Source: Octopus vulgaris (Eukaryota). Taken from it: a stretch of DNA of 64,000 nt. Made by a program: the position numbers and the translations under genes. Every line of letters begins with the position of its first letter. Position 1 is the stretch's first letter. The notes below the pieces were generated by a model. It was given only the letters and a program-made list of their open reading frames with translations. It searched no databases and was not told the DNA's origin. Shown here piece by piece: positions 40,329 to 54,903 of this stretch. The stretch is from the NCBI GenBank assembly GCA_951406725.2, contig OX597816.1:682001-746000 (forward strand), written 5' to 3'.

Positions 40329-40736
40329 GGATCTTTTCGGTTTGAACGGCAGTTTTTTATAGCGGTGTCATATGAAATTGTCACCCATAATTATGACCCT
40401 AGTATCGATCTATTGCATTTCAATCTGTTTTAGGGTTAGGGTTAGGGGTGGGGGAAGGGTATCTTTTTTCTTCAGAAATGTAAATAAACCCAATCTGTTT
40501 CTTAAACGAAGGACATATTCATATGGCACAGAATGTTTTCACCTCAATAGACGATTGGTTGAAATTGCAGAAATTGAAGAAAAAAAATCACAAATATCTT
40601 ACAAACTATAGAATTTTCTCAATAAGGCCAAGAGAAAAGATGTTTTATAAACACATTCTACCAGTATACGAAGTTTAAAAGTGTTTAGTTACATGGAAAT
40701 TATTTTAAAAAACTGCCGTTCAAACCGAAAAGATCC
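40329..40736. mobile_element. MITE with ~30-bp TIR and 8-bp TSD, Merlin-like
   Basis: TIR GGATCTTTTCGGTTTGAACGGCAGTTTTTT at both ends. Perfect TSD AATCTTTA at 40321-40328 and 40737-40744. Internal (TTAGGG)3. Confidence 0.93.
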
Positions 40737-41072
40737 AATCTTTATAAGAATTTATCAAGTAATTAGTGTGAAAAACCTCATTAGGGAAAAATTTATTAAT
40801 TATTCCCTTTAAATATATTTATTTATATTAAGGGCATTACTATACATAAATGCCCCACGCTATGAGGGACTCTTAAAGTCAAAACTACCATAATAAACAC
40901 ATTGTACCAAATATGTAGGTGCTCTGGTAAGACTGCTGTTAGACTCCCAGTTCTATAATAGTATGAGTGAGGAGTCTAATGTGAATCATGTGTGAGTATG
41001 TATAGGTTAAATAAAATGAGACAACAAAGCCCAGGCAGTGTGAAATTTCTTGGACATTTTATAAAGAGAAGA

Positions 41073-41126
41073 ATAGTGTTACAGCTGTTTCAGGGATATA
41101 AAGGATACCCTATCATCAGAGACGAT
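41073..41126 (-). ncRNA. Type I hammerhead ribozyme motif, canonical core
   Basis: AUCGUCU-CUGAUGA-U-AGGG(UAUCCUUUAUAU)CCCU-GAAAC-AGCU-GUA/ACACUAU. Palindromic ACAGCUGU stem III; stem I has two mismatches. Confidence 0.7.
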
Positions 41127-44100
41127 ACAAGAGATTATACAATAGGCTTCTTTCAGACTCCATCTAATAAATACACTCATATTGACCAAGGGTTATAGGA
41201 GACGAAAGTACCACACAATGGGACTGAACCTGAAACCACATTGTGAAGAAACAAGCTTCTTATCCATGTAGCCATGCCTGTGCCTTCATATTGATCTTTA
41301 AAACTTCTTTCATGAATGATATCAAACCTTTTAATATACTTTTCTGCTCAAGGCATAAGGCCCGAAATTTTTAGGGAGGGGGCCAATTGATTAGATCAAC
41401 CTCTGTATGCAACTGGTACTTAATTTATCAACCCCAAAAAGCTGAAAGGCAAAGTTGACCTCGGCAGAATTTGAACTCAGAATGTAAAGACAGATGATCA
41501 AACTTCTTTATATTATTGATAAACTTGTATACTGCATATCTTTGGATTCAGCATAAAAACCTGATGATAATGAAGGATTAGGTCAGTTGAAATTCTCATA
41601 TAAAGACAAGATTATGACTTGTGTTCAGTTTGTTCAAATAAAAGATAACATATTTCTTTATGTCAAATTATATCAGTTCTTTTAATGGCTGCTGAACAAA
41701 ATTTCTAAAAAAACAGGGAAAAGGATATGGTATAGTAAGAGTAGACAGTATTTCCTGCATAATCTTTCAGATCCACAACCAAGGCAACAAAGGTGTTTCT
41801 CTCTGGTCAGTCAGCCTCCTCAATGTTGCAGATGACTCTCCCACTTATTCCTCTAATAGCTTTCAAATGATACCATTTGTTCCAAGTCTTAACCCTTTCG
41901 TTGCCATATTTCTGTTGAAATACTCTGCCTTTCTTTCAATTAATTTTTTTAAAAAAAAGAATTTTGTAAAGCAACTTGTCATTTAATGTTTGGAACATGT
42001 ATTAACATAAAATTTTGATGGAAGTATTTAATTTAGATCATTTTAGAACTGAAAGTTTGTAACTTACAACCAAAGGTTGTCTCAGGCAGGCTGGTACCAA
42101 AATGGTTACATTTTTGAACAAGATACTTCATAATAAAGACAGGATTTCAACAGTAAGAATTATTAGGAATTTAATTCATCAGTTACCCCTGTGCCATAAC
42201 TCTGCCATTGTGACATGAAGCTTCTTAACATAATCAACAAACATCCCTCTGTGTGGTTACGAAGCTCACTTCACAATCATAATGATGTAGACTTGAACCC
42301 ACTGTGACACACCTTGGGCGAGTACTTCTCTACTGTTGCTTCAAGTTGACCACTCCTTTGGGAGTGGGGTGGAATCTGGTAAACATAACTCTTCAAAAAC
42401 AATTGTATGTGTGTCTAAAAACTCATACTGGATTTTAAGATTTCATGAAAAAAAAGGAAGAATAAAAAATGATTGAAGCATATTTATTTGTTGGCAAAGC
42501 ACTGGATGAGAGGACCCAACTGGAACCAAGTAGATTTTAAAGAATACATTCATTACTTGGTCAGGTTATGGGTTTGTTTTTTGTTTGCTTTTCATTTCTC
42601 CAGTCATAAAAAGCAGTTAAAAAAGAAAGTTGAATGGTCATTACTTGTACAGACATAATGGTGGGAGCAGCAAAATTTTTTATGTTTTTAATGGCTAAGG
42701 CAAAGAAGGAAGAACAGGGTCTTTAATTATTTTAGGGTCTGTATACATGACACGGGCATGGCTGTGTGCCTAAAAAGTTAGCTTCCCAGACACATAGTCT
42801 TGGGTTTAGCCCCCTGGCATGACACCTTGGACATGTCTCTTCTACAATAGCCTTGGGCCAACTAAACCTTTATGAGTGGATTTGATAGTTAGAAACAGTA
42901 CAAAACCAAAAACCATCGTGTGTGTGTGTGTGTGCATGCATGCATACCCATGAATATCACAAACTACAAGTGGTAGTATTGTCATTTCTCCTGACAAGAA
43001 ATTCTCAGTGGGTTTTGCATTTTGGAAGCCATGTGCTCTAAGAGATCCCTCATTTTGAAAACAGGTAAAGGTTGGCGGCAAGAAGGGCATCTAGTTATAA
43101 AACTATATCATCATCATAATCATCGTTTAACGTCTGTTTTCCATTCTATCTCATTAATATGTTTAATCGCTTTAGGTAAATTTGGCTAACTCATGCTAAC
43201 ATGAAAAAATGGCTGTAAATATTTAAGAATAAACAATATGACTAATGGGGTGGAAGCAAGGAAGTGCTCAGACTGGATACCTCACTTGAATACTTACAAG
43301 AATGGACTCCGCTAAAGACATCCATGGATTGCATGATGGTGTTAAACCAAATGCCTTGAAAACACTTACAGTCCCATCAGTACTTTGGACATACATCCAT
43401 CCATCTGTTCCATGCCCATCATGTCTGATTGGATCTAACTTCAGGGCTTCATTAGCTTTCGAATGTCTTTATCACAAAGAAATTTGCTGTTATCCTTTTT
43501 TGAAAAGACTGAAGTGGGAAAATATGTGGTCCTAAATTTTAAAGGTGGTGGGGGATTTATTGTGGAATTGATGTGGACTACATGAAAGAGGCAAGGAATT
43601 CTATAAGAACCCCTTTGTTCCCTTTGTTCAATATCTTTGAGTTATTAAGATAAACTTTGTGTGTCTGTCTGTGTTTAGTTTATCCGTTGCTGCCTCTGTA
43701 CAACAGATTTGCCTAAATACAGATGACCAGGGTTTACTAAAGATTATCCACCAGCAGAAACATCACCACCACAACCACCATCTACCATCACAACTACTCC
43801 CTCCACCACTTCAACAACAAATAGCAGCCAAATCTTCCTCAAATCTCACCCAAATCTCTTTAAAATGTTTCTTTATTAACTACAAAAGGTTTCACAAAAA
43901 CATTTCCCTGATACAGGGAAAAGGAGAAGAACAGTAACGAAAACCAATAGATTCTAAGCAAGGAATGACTCTGTGAAAGAAAGACATTTCTGAGTGATCC
44001 TCATGGAAACACTAAAGTCACTCTAAGCATTTAGGTAGGTGCCTTCTCCCTGTTGTCCTTCTTCAAGCTACAGGTACCTGCTCAGAGTAGGTCCATTCAC

Positions 44101-44209
44101 TCAGACCAAGCTCACCTCTCTCATTGACTTTTGACTTTCACATATTGACGTATACTTATGCGCACACGCACACACACACACACACACTACATGTATATAT
44201 ATAAACATT

Positions 44210-44510
44210 CAAGCGGGGTTGTTGCCAATGCTGCTGGACTGGCTCCTGTGCAGGTGGCACATTAAAAACACCATTTGAGCATGGCCATTGCCAGTACCGC
44301 CAGACTGGCCCTTGTGCCACTGGCACGTAAAAGTACCCACTACACTCTCGGAGTGGTTGGTGTTAGGAAGGGCATCGAGCTGTAGAAACTTTGCCAAATC
44401 AGATTGGAGCCTGGTGCAGCCATCTGGTTCGCCATTCCTCAGTCAAATCATCCAACCCATGCTAGCATGGAAAGCGGATGTTAAACGATGATGATGATGA
44501 TGATGATGAT
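44210..44510 (+). mobile_element. RTE 3'UTR derivative
   Basis: Shared 3' end with CCATGCTAGCATGG and (GAT)n. Confidence 0.88.
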
Positions 44511-46305
44511 AAGACACATGGCAAAATATAATCACTGATTTGCAAAAAGTCAGGATGGTCACAGTTAGAATGCCTTTTTGATCACAGGTCTGCTCAGTCC
44601 AAACAAACCAGGGTTGAATAACAATACCATGAAAATAGAAAGAAAATGTTAATTGACTTTTAGATAATGTCTTTATATTCACTCAGACAAGAATTGTTTT
44701 ATCAAATTTATTGCCATTCACAGAAGACAGACCTTCCTTTTTCTGTCTTTCTTTGTGAACCCTTATTTATTAATAAAACATTGTTGTTGCTGTTGCTGCT
44801 GCTGCTACTCTTCTCCTTGCTTTGTTCAAAGACATATATAATGGGAGCTTTCATTGTGGTACAATTTAGGATAGAAAAGGGATCATCTTACTGTCTATCA
44901 TTTCTGTGTATTTGTATATTTACTTATTTGAATATGAGAAGTACACATATGTTCATATTTGTTTTATGGCAGAAGAATATATGTGTGTGTGCGTGTGTGC
45001 ATACGTGCGTGTGTGTGTATACGCACACACATATACACACACACATTCACACATATATATATATACACACACACACATATATATATACATACATACATAT
45101 ATATACATACATACATATGCGTATATGTGGATGTGTGCATGATTGTATGCATGTAGGTATACTCATTCATACACACACACACACACGTACACTCACACAT
45201 ATACATACACATATGTATATGTATGTTCATCCATGCAGTTTAGTCAACACACACACACACACGTACACACACACACACACATATTCTGTTGTCTTGTCCG
45301 GATGAAATATCTTAATCACTACATTATGTCAGCTGCTTGTTAACATTGTACTTGTAAAGAAAGCCCACCTACCATTAGATATTTCTTTAAATTATTGATT
45401 GTTGTTTTTGTGTTAGTGCTTAGCAATGTAATTACAATCGATTTTTGCCTGAGTCTTTTCAATTAAAAGGAAAAGTCTAAGATAACGACTATCACAGGTG
45501 AGTATTTATTGAAGGAATAATATTTTATAAAAGCTGATCACCCCCCCCACTACGCATTCATTCATTTGTTACTATTATTAAACTGACCTCTGTCTTTCAG
45601 TGCATCACAATAGTTTAGCAGCTTCTATGATCAAATAGACACAGCTTACACCATCACCAATATAGTTTACTCTCTTGTTCTCTTTATAATCAGGGGCCAG
45701 CAAGCTTCTTATATCATTGACCCCTTTCATAGAATTAATAACTTATCCCCCTCCACTCCTGCCATCATGTAAATTTTAAAAATAAAATTAGTATCTTTAC
45801 AGTTTGGCTGCCAAGTTTATTGAAAATTTTAAAATTTGGTCTATTAGTGTAGTTTTCCAAGCTGAATCTCAGGAGATATTTCACTTTTTCCAGAAAACTT
45901 TTTTAAAGAAAGTTATAGAGGTTTAAAGTTTGATCATTTTCACCCAATAAGAAAACAGGATTTGGAAGTTTTTAGAACATTCTTGTGAATTTGCATTCTA
46001 TACCATGGAAATTCATGCGATTATCCAAAAATAAAACAAAAATTGTTTTGGTGTGTGATTTAAGGCCTATTTGGCTGTTATTTTTAGCACATTTGATGGC
46101 CATCTCAATGAGTGGAAATATTTGTCAACATATGCTGTCGTGCAGACAAAAGAGTTCTCATGCTTGGTTTGTTAGTATGGAAACAGGCATGAATGTATCT
46201 GTGGCTTATGACTGGTTAAAATTACACCAAATTTTCAAACTTTAAAAGCTAATAGCACTTCATTAATGAATGTCAAAGCAGTGATTAGCATATAAAACCA
46301 TATCA

Positions 46306-46790
46306 GAAATGGAAATCGATCAATGGAAATTGCAGATGTGTTACCAGTGCCGGTGGCATGTCGAAACTCTACTTGTGAAGACCCGTTGAGGCAAGTGAGG
46401 ATCAGAATGGAAATCGATCAATGGAAATTGCAGATGTGTTACCAGTGCCGGTGGCATGTCAGAGAACCTTCCGTTTCGCGACCGTTGCCAGCACCGCCCC
46501 GTTTCGTGTCCGTTGCCAGCCTCGCCTGGCCCTTGTGCCGGTGGCACATAAAAAGCACCATCCGTTCGTGGCCGTTTGCCAGCTCTGTCTGGCACCTGTG
46601 CAGGTGGCACGTAAAAAGCACCCACTACACTCACGGAGTGGTTGGCGTTAGGAAGGGCATCCAGCCGTAGAAACACTGCCAGATTTGACTGGGCCTGATG
46701 AAGCCTTCTGGCTTCACAGACCCCAGTAGAACCGTCCAACCCATGCTAGCATGGAAAACGGACGCTAAACGATGATGATGATGATCATCA
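46306..46790 (+). mobile_element. RTE 3'UTR derivative with a duplicated 5' segment
   Basis: ATGGAAATCGATC(C)AATGGAAATTGCAGATGTGTTACCAGTGCCGGTGGCATGTC occurs at ~46309 and ~46407. Confidence 0.9.
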
Positions 46791-49684
46791 TCATTCCACC
46801 AAATATGAAATCAATTTAAGCAGGAATTGAAGAGATTGAAAGTTGGCAGCAAAACGGCATTTGATTTACAAACAATAATTCCTTTCATCTATTGTGTCTT
46901 TACCACTTTTTAGTAAGAAATACTTTTACAGAAATTTAATGAACATACTTAATGAAATTGATAAAGAACAATAAAAATTCAGTGATATTGATTTAGTTGG
47001 AATATTTAAAGTGAAATACATGTTTGGTGAATACTAGTTTTTGCATCAAGTATTTGGTTGGAAATTAGTGAGTACCCTTGCTCATCTAGATTTGGTTTGC
47101 TAATAATTCCAACACCCTTAATGCTCCAAATTGTTTCAGATGTTTGTTGATTCCTTGGACAGCCATATAGACACCCCCTACAAACACACACATATCTCCA
47201 TCAGGGTCAATATTGACTACTTTGATGACCCTTGTTATAAATAGATCTGTTGTCTCAGAAACTTACTTTGGCACAATGAATGAATGCAGCACTCTTACAG
47301 ACATTCATAATATATTGAATGAATGTGGTACTCTTAGGAATATCTATAATATATTGAATGAATGTGGTACTTTTCTGACATTGATAATGTATGAAAAACG
47401 AATGAGGGGCAAAACAAACCAAAGCCGTCCACCCAGTTTTGATTCATATACTGTTGGCATTTTACTAGAATAAAGTCAATACTGCCCTTCCGGAAAAATA
47501 AAAGGAAAAAAACCTAACATGACCACCATTAGTTTGATTTCTTCATTCATAAAAAAAAGTCTGAAGTCACATGACTGTATAAGAAAAAAGAAGAAAAAAC
47601 ACAATAAACAAAAGAGCTGGCTTATTGACTGAATGAAACGCTTCCATTCAATGTGGTTTTTCCATAACATGCAGAGGCAGGTCCGTTTCCTGTTCTCAAA
47701 GGCTTTTGTTATAAAAATAAAACAACAAAGTAACATCACTTCAAAGGTGTTTTATGAAAATAAAAATATTTCTTTTGTACTTTCCATCACTTTGAATGTT
47801 GGAGCCTTTATGTGGCCACTCGACCTGCAAGAAATAGCAGCAAGAATCATCCTCAAATTATATCTTAACTATTTTAAATAAGAACAGGAACTCATTTAGA
47901 TGATGAAGTTCTCTGTATACCCCTTTAAAAAAAACACTGAATGGCCATGGATGGAATGTCTTTCAGCATAGGTCTGCTTCATGAAAAGAATGACTTGGGA
48001 TGAGTAACACCATCAACAACAACACCAACAACAATAACTAAAGCAGTACAGATTGGTTTCCAACAGATGTGATTCTTCTGGGAGTTCAGTTATCCATTTT
48101 ATCAAATCATGTAAACTGCTAATTGTGGACTAACCAAGATATTAGGTGCAAACTAATATAGTTGCTACCTGCAATTCTATTTTGATCTGCTCTACGAATT
48201 CCAGCAGCTCATTTCTAGTTCCTTAGATCTAATAATATCTTAACTGATACTATATAGAAGTGAAGCTGTGTGTCTTAGAATAGTGCCAGCTAATAATAGA
48301 TCCTTGTGTGTATGGCTGAACAGTGAGAATCAAATGATGACAGACATAGACGTTTGCAGTATGCTCTGGCAAATTTGGATGTGAATGTGTTAATTGTTGT
48401 TGTATTTTAACAAAACAACTTCATCTTTCAGATAAATTGGAGCAAGAGGACTTTGGGACAGCAATACCAGTGTTTCTGGCCTTCTAGCTTTACTTTTCAG
48501 AGGTCTTTAGAACTAATTTAATTTAGAAAAATTGATTAAGAACTTATCAATGATAATAATGTCATTGAAATATATGACTGTTCTAACAACTTTAATGAAA
48601 ATAAAATAAAAACATTCCACAAAAAAAAAGAAGCTATTAATGAATCTTTGATGACTTAAAACATTGTCCACAAATCAAAAACAATTTACCTTGTTGTTGT
48701 CTTTCTCTTTATTCATTTTTCCAGTTATCTGTTAGATAACTTTAGCAAATATAAACCAATGAATCCCAGCATTATATTCTCTCCCATCTTTGTGGAGGCA
48801 ATTTGCTTCAAGTGAAAAGGAGACTGACTGAATAGAGCGTATCAGTTATGGTCAGTTCACACTAAGTTTATATTTGCTTAAGCCTCAGCCATTAATGCCA
48901 AGTTTAAAACAAAAATGCCTTTAGTTCATTGTATTAATTGTTTTAGACATGGCATGTATGTTTGGATAGAAAAATTTAGAGTCTGTACAATAACTTCACT
49001 TGGCAAATGGATAATAAAGATAAAACTTGAAAGGGAAGTAAAACAGAACATTCTCAACACAAACCCTTTCTTTTTCTTCTTCTTCCTGAAGAAGTTGGGG
49101 TGTTTCACTCACAATTGAACCATCAGGGTTTAAATTCCTAGACTGGGCAGTGTGTTGTGTTCCTGAGCAAAGCATTTCATTTCACACTGCTCCAGTCCAC
49201 TCAGCCGTGAGTCCCAACAATAGCTGAGAAGTTCACTCTGTAACAGACCTGTGTCCCTTCCAGGGGAAGAATTATAATCTCATTCACTTATACACTATAG
49301 AACGCAGGTTAATCTCTAGTCTTTATAGGTCCTAGAACTCATGAGAGACCTAAGTCTAAGTCAGAACTTAGATTCAACATTCTAAAAATATAAGTTTCCC
49401 TGGTTTAGATCAGTGCAAAGCCAGATCCTGAAAATAGCAACATGGGTTCGGTTCTGTTTCACAACTGGAGTTTCATTTTCTGCTTCTCAAGAGGAATAAT
49501 TCAAACCTTTGTTCTTTAGGCATGCCTGTGTGGTTAAGAAGTCCACTTTGTAATCGTGTGGTTTTGGGTTCAGTCCCACTGTGTAGTACATTGGGCAAGT
49601 CCCCTCTACTATATCAATGGACCAACCAATGCCTTGTGAGTGCATTTGGTAGATGGAAACTCTATGGAAGCTTGTTGTGTATGC

Positions 49685-49725
<41 letters not shown>

Positions 49726-52700
49726 GTAGAAAAGTGACACGTGAGTTGATATGTATAAGGAAAATAAGACAAGGTAGAAAATGCTAAAATAATTTTATCA
49801 TGAAGGATATTTTAGTACCAGTTTCTGTCTTTTTTAGACTTTTTCAATTAAGAGTAAAATAACAAAAATCAATTAAATTGGAGAAAAAAATTAAGTGAAA
49901 TGTTTTGTAGATATTTTCTTAGTCCTTGAACAGGTAAATATTTCCATAGTCTTCGGACAGTCTGTCTGTCTGTCTGTCTCTCTCTATTCCTGTGTGTGTG
50001 CCTGGTACTTCCGTTCACATCATACCTCTCTCCACCTTACAGCAAGGCACAGAGAAAATTACATTGTGCCTTGACAACAAGGATATCAGATATCTCAAAC
50101 ATTCATGGCTACGAGTGTGTCTGTGCATTTGTTCACACCTTCTTCCTGCCACTTGACAACTGGTGTTAGTTTGTTTATATCCCCATAACTTAGTAGGTGC
50201 TGCAAAAGTGACTGATTGATTAACTACCAACTTAAAACATATGTATTTGGGTCAATTTGTTTGACTAAACTCTTCAAAACAGTGCTCCAGTATGGCCACA
50301 GTCCAATGACTGAAACAAGTAAAAAATTAAAAGGCTTCTTACAAAGTCCTTTCTATATTTCTTTCTATAATTAGATTATGTAATTAATACAGATTTACAT
50401 TATTTTGTTTTCACAATTTCCATCTGAGTTATAAAGTGTGTTTTGTCATTAGAACATATGGCACTTTCTTATAAAACGATGATAAAGTTTTAGCTTATTA
50501 TTAGTGTCCAGCACACTTTTATATGAAATATTAGATTGCATATGTTTGTATTGCATGAGTGAGGAGAATAATTTGAAGGAGATCTTTTAATGTTCCAGAT
50601 TTGCATGAGTCTTTAGATTTCTCTTCTTTCAAACTTATGTTCTTGTTTGATCTTTTCTGTTTTGGCTCCTAAGTGTGCTAAGAGATAAAACAACAGCCAT
50701 GAATGTTTGAGATATCTGATACCCTTGTTGTCGATGCACAATGTGATTTTGTCTGTGCATAAAAGTGCAGTAAAGTGGAATGGAAGCTGAAATGTTCAAT
50801 TGCCATAATATAATGATAGGGCTGCGTAGACGAAGGAGAACTGAATTGAATAGACAAAGAAAAAATACCTACAATTAAGAAAGATGTTGATGTAGATTTG
50901 GTGTGTGAGTGTATGTGTCCCCACACACAGACATATGTGTACACACACACACACATATATGTACATAGATACACACACACACAAACACATGTATATATAG
51001 TCTCCTCTACCAAGTGGTTGGCATTAACAAGGGCACTGAGCTGCAAAAATCATACAAAAACTGACAGTGGAGCTTGGTGCAGTTCTACAGCTTACCAGCT
51101 CCTGTCAGACAGTCCAAGCCATGCCAACATGGAAAACAAACATTAAATGATGATGATGATGATGACAATGATAATGATATGTGACGGAAATCACTTCCTG
51201 GATTCTTAGCCAGGATTCAAAACCCTCTCTAAATTATTGAGTCCCTTCCTATTGTTCTCAGCATTTGTACTAAGAAATTTATGAGAGTCAACTGTCATGA
51301 CCTTTAGGCTTCCTATCAGATTACCTATGAAAAACCCTTTCCTCTTTCAGCACCTGATCTTTTACCTGGCACCTGGTAGAGTGAGCACTTCTTATGTGTA
51401 ACTGAGAGACTATACCACTTTTGCCCTCTCTACTTATTAACCCAGGAAAGTAAATTCTATTTCTCTTTCTCTCTTCTGCCTCCGGCTGTCTCCCAGCAGT
51501 CACATAGATGAACGCAACTACCTATGAAATGAATAACAGAATGTCAACTAATCTTTAAACATCGACAACTCAAAGCTGGGGTTTTTTTTTTTTAATATTG
51601 TAATGTTAAAAGAAAGACCATTTCAGCTATTAATTTTCTTCTGTCATTTATTCCATGAACTTCTTGACAAATCCATCGCACAGTTGGTGACACCTGAGAA
51701 TTAAATTTTGATTCATCTGTCGCAACTGCCGCATGATATAAACAACAATGTCTAACTGTTCTCTTCTTTTTCCCTCTGTGGTCCAATGGACATAATTTCT
51801 CTGTCTGTCTATTGATAGGCGAATAACTTCCAACTCCTGTCAAATTTTTAATTCTCTCTTTCCCTCTCTGATGCTACAGATTATGGATAATGGATATATC
51901 TCCATCAATAGACAAAATATATTTCCATTTTGGTCGATAACCTTCAGAGAGAGACATCTAGTTGTGCGATTTCATCTGAAACCACCCTTACCTCCCTACC
52001 ACCCCTCACCACCACTTCTACAAAACAGCCTTGAGTACATGCACACAGACCACTGCTTGTGTATGTGTTTCCCACCCATGAGCATGTGCATAATGATATG
52101 GACATGTATTTGTGCACATAATATATGTATGTGTGTATATACATGTATGTTCATACTCACAAAGGCTTTTCAGGACTGAAGCTAGTTGAAAGTACACTCA
52201 TAACCACAAAGACGTTTTTCTTTTCAAAAGATGAAACATCCTCCAACTTCTTTCCCAGGTCTTCAAGCTCAGAGCTGCCACAATCAGCATTGGCACAATG
52301 AAAGCCAGATCTTCCACCCTTTATTATTATTTTTATTATTTCATATATGCACAACAGATTAAACTGTTGAAAAAGAACAATTCCTATCATTAGGCTACAA
52401 CAAGTAACTTTAGATATGAAGAACCTTCCTAAGTATGTGACCTGTCCCTAATAACACTGTTTTCTGGAGCTGCACTAAACTAAGTTTTATACCTAGAGTC
52501 AATTACCTGGTACTTTCTATTCTCATTGTCTACTACTACTCAATCAGGTCTTCTAGTGTCTATTACTCTGCTAGTCTGAATGTTAAAATACCACGTCTTA
52601 TATTTCTTACTTTCTAATACTTTACTAGGTTTATGTTCAAAACATTTATCAGTATGGTCAAATCCTAGCTTTCTACAGAACTCCTAGTGGATTATTCACC

Positions 52701-54084
52701 CTAGGTTGTCATGTCTTTATATGTGTTCTTCTTTGCCAGCATACTACATTTACTTACTATATGAGTAACACTTTCCTCATTTGATTTACATAACCTACAT
52801 TATGAATCTACCTGATTTTTGTCTGTCTTTGCGTGTATTCAGTTAGTCCTCAATGCCTGATCTTGTGCTGCTACTAACAAACTTTCTGTCTCCCTTTTCA
52901 ACCTTCTTTTCTGCAACCACCACCATATCTCACTATTACTATTTCCTGCAACTATCTTTGGAAATCTTCTCACAGATAATTTTGCTGTTCTTTTCTGGTT
53001 TTTAATTTCCTTTGGTTTTTGGTTTCTCTATCTCCTATGCATAGACACAAGCGGCTCTTCATAAAATTTCCTCAGTATCACCTACATAAGATGCTGTACA
53101 CATTCTTCTACTGCTGTTAAGCCCTTTCCACACTTCAATAGAGAGGGAATAATGACAGAGAATCAAGGACAACCGGGTGGGTGAGATTGTGAGACTGTGA
53201 AAGGAGAGTGATGGATGGTTAGAAATGAGCATAGAGAAGAATGTAGTGAATGGTGAACATGGGTGAATGTGTGGGCAATGATGAATCTTAGGTTGGGGAA
53301 AGGTACAGGAAAATAAGAATGGATTAGGAAGGAAGAGATTAAGTATCAAATATTTTGTGAACTTGCAGTTCTAAGTTCAAGTACACTCAGGAGATTTATT
53401 TCGTAAAGAGAGCAACAGACTGTTTCTTCTGAACAAACTAGAATACATCCTGTGTCTCAGACAGACTAATGCCATTTGAATCATTGTTGTGGCTCAGCTG
53501 CATATGAAGGCTATTCGAGAGTCTTTTCCACATTGTGGACAAAAGTATTCCATTCTAAATTCTCATTGTGTTACTTCATTTGTCCTCTTGCTACTTTCCC
53601 TAGGAAAAGGAATATTCATTTTAATTCTCATTCATCTTCTCTGAGAAATATTAGGTTTCAAGTCTGTCTGGAGAAGACAATAGAAAACCACTGTAGTGCT
53701 TCCCACATCATGAGATGTTCTGACTGCATAACAGCTTCTGTTGATAACTAAATAACTAGCTATACTCTACATAGACATCACTTGAAATAATATTACAATC
53801 AATAGGAATTTCAAGACAGTATATGTTTTGTTCAGCTCTTAAATATAATAAACTGGAGAATGATTTTATTTTTATATAATTTTAGTTGATGCATGATGCA
53901 AATGAAATGCATAGACACAATTTCTTATCCAAAATTCTGAATTTTTTTCACAGTGGTCATCTGCACACCAAAGCTCACGTTTGGCACCAACTTTACTGAA
54001 TGTTTTACTGAGAAATAAAAGTACACTAATAATTTTATGGTCAGTTTTTATCCCACATCATTTACCAGTTTATTTCAATACAAA

Positions 54085-54168
54085 TTATCATCGTCATCAT
54101 CCTTATCATCATCATCATCATCATCGTCGTCGTCGTCGTCGTCATCGTCGTCATCATCGTCATCATCG

Positions 54169-54228
<60 letters not shown>

Positions 54229-54230
54229 CC
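54085..54230. repeat. (CAT/CGT)n microsatellite, expanded tail of an RTE-related repeat
   Basis: Direct read; abuts TTTAAC...TTCCATGCTGGCATGGG. Confidence 0.93.
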
Positions 54231-54719
54231 ATTTAACATTTGTCTTCCATGCTGGCATGGGTTAGATGGTTTGTCAGGAGTTGGCCAGATAAAAGATTGC
54301 CCCAGGCTTCAGTATCCATTTTAGCAGGGTTTTTATGACCAGATGCCCTTCCTAACTGCCCCCCCACACACACACACACAGAGTAGGCACCAGCACTGTT
54401 GAGGTCTGTTTTGGTATGATTTTTACAACTGGAATCACTTGCAAATGCCAACCAGTTTACAGTATGGACTGGATGCATTTTACAAGGTATCAGCACTAGT
54501 GGGGTTACCAAGTAACTCTCAAGACAAAGAGCCTTTGGGAGGGGGAGAGGTCATTGGAAGAGGTGGCTTTGTGCCAGGTGATGAGAAGTTAAAGTGTGAC
54601 AGAATGATAGAAACAGGTGCTTTGCTGTAAAGGAGGTTCATGATTATCCAGTTAGAGGGAGAGAAAGATGTTAAACGATGATGTTGATGATGATATATAT
54701 ATATATATATACGTATATA

Positions 54720-54903
54720 TGCCGGTGGCACGTAAAAGCACCCGCTACACTCTCAGAGTGGTTGGCGTTAGGAAGGGCATCCAGCTGTAGAAACACTGCT
54801 AGATCAGATTGGAGCCTGGTGCACCCATCTGGTACGTCAGTCCTCAGTCAAATCGTCCAACCCATGCTAGCATGGAAAGTGGACGTTAAATGATGATGAT
54901 GAT
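54720..54903 (+). mobile_element. Short RTE 3'-end copy within (TA)n
   Basis: Shared 3' end; (TA)n on both flanks. Confidence 0.88.

Noticed and set aside
40430-40447. TTAGGG repeats as a telomere or fusion remnant
   Set aside because: Only three units, internal to a MITE with intact TIRs and TSD.
43298-43508. Minus-strand segment with a good acceptor and GTAAGT donors
   Set aside because: No frame stays open across it and no homology is recognised; at most a non-coding exon.
51592-51843. VATDESKFN as a Merlin or Tc1 transposase motif
   Set aside because: A single short motif with no other DDE residues or TIRs.
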